A DNA stretch of 64,000 nt from Fistulifera solaris (Eukaryota): the NCBI GenBank assembly GCA_030295235.1, contig AP026154.1, positions 1 through 64,000 on the forward strand, read 5' to 3'. Below the pieces are notes generated by a model. It worked only from the letters and a program-made list of their open reading frames with translations, did not search any database and was not told the DNA's origin. The translations under genes and the position numbers were made by a program. Each line of letters begins with the position of its first letter. The stretch's first letter is position 1. Positions 62,941 to 64,000 of the stretch are shown one piece after another.

Positions 62941-63322
62941 TGATCCGTTTTATTTTGTTGCGAAAGTGTGGTCGAAGTAGCGCAGCTGCTATACTTGTAT
63001 GATCTCAATAATATTATTGGTAAGCAGACTAAATTCATTTTCTTGAGTCAAAGAATTGGAGAGTTTGTACAATAGACAACCTCGATTTCGAACGAAAAAA
63101 GAGCGTCTTTCTTTCTTTGAAGCGAACCCGAGTTTTCAGTCACGTGATACGTGAGTCGTGGACTATGACGTAGTATATTGTTTGCCGATGACGTGTCGAC
63201 GTGTCTTTATTCTCATCGTTTCTAAACTTCGCACTTTTTTCGCACCTCAAAAAACGTTGCATAATCCTTTCTCATTGACACCTTTCTCGTTCCTATTCTT
63301 CCTCTTTCACACAAAACAAATA

Positions 63323-64000
63323 ATGATGTGGAGCTGTAACAACATCAAACTCTTTCGAAGAAGCGTTCTGCCGCTGCTTTTTGGACTTTTCAATGTTGTT
63401 AATTGCTTCGTTTTCATTCTTCCTCAACGGACGATCTGGTCTTCGAAAACGATTATTGCAACGACCAGTGTCCTTTTGTTGAGTAAAAGCAGCAACAACG
63501 ACCACGACGAAGAAGAAGACCGCATGCAACAACTCCGTAGTCTCTTGGAGACGTCGTGGAATCAATCTCTGATGGGAAATATACCGACAACACCCATGGC
63601 GGCCGCTCAAGAAATCGCCGACTGCTTCTTTACACATGAAAATGCGGGCGTCAGTATCATCGATTTGCAATTGCCGTCATTGGATTTACGACAGGGAGCA
63701 CGATGGTATGATGCCGTACTGGCGGCAGATGTGGCACATCTGCTCGTCGAGCGTCTCGTTCAGCGACAACGTGATAACAACGTTGATGCAAACGATACGA
63801 ACAAGCAAACTCCGTCTAGCAGTAAAAAAAGCGTTGTTATTGGTTCGAGATGAAGCGACCGTACGATCGATAGAACGAGTATGGGAAAAGAGAGCATTGT
63901 CGTTCACAGAGGACGATACGGAGGAGGAAGAAAATGATGAAGAAGAAGACGAACAGGAAATGAGTAACAATAATGAGGAAACGACAGTCTTATATGACGA
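63323..64000 (+). CDS. Hypothetical, probably plastid-targeted protein, truncated by the window end; frame break in A7 at 63824-63830
   Basis: Signal peptide ending VNC-FV. Removing one A continues the frame as KKALLLVRDEATVRSIERVW... to the window end. Confidence 0.65.

Overview
Left end of a eukaryotic chromosome, most likely a pennate diatom. This is inferred from the ~45% GC gene-dense layout, short GT-AG introns, bipartite plastid-targeting N-termini and diatom-type hypothetical families. The window opens with ~390 bp of (CCCTAA)n telomere and four 87/88-bp subtelomeric repeats. A ~6-kb disordered subtelomere follows, with a Ty3/Gypsy pol relic, Cys-rich ORFs and a large asymmetric fold-back inversion centred at ~4745. 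The rest is euchromatic: CYP97, a PDZ-like protein, a WW-WW-FYVE-ARM protein head-to-head with VPS4, an RRP42-like subunit, an HMG-box protein, PDS5, a Zn-ribbon/RRM protein, PNGase, Yip1, TruA, a six-exon calmodulin with 8- and 13-nt microexons, a DOT1-like methyltransferase, a GNAT, two tandem membrane-protein paralogs, two non-autonomous DNA transposons with target-site duplications and a HAD hydrolase. At least seven reading-frame breaks fall in homopolymer runs and are probably assembly indels. All calls come from reading motifs by eye; no database searches were run.
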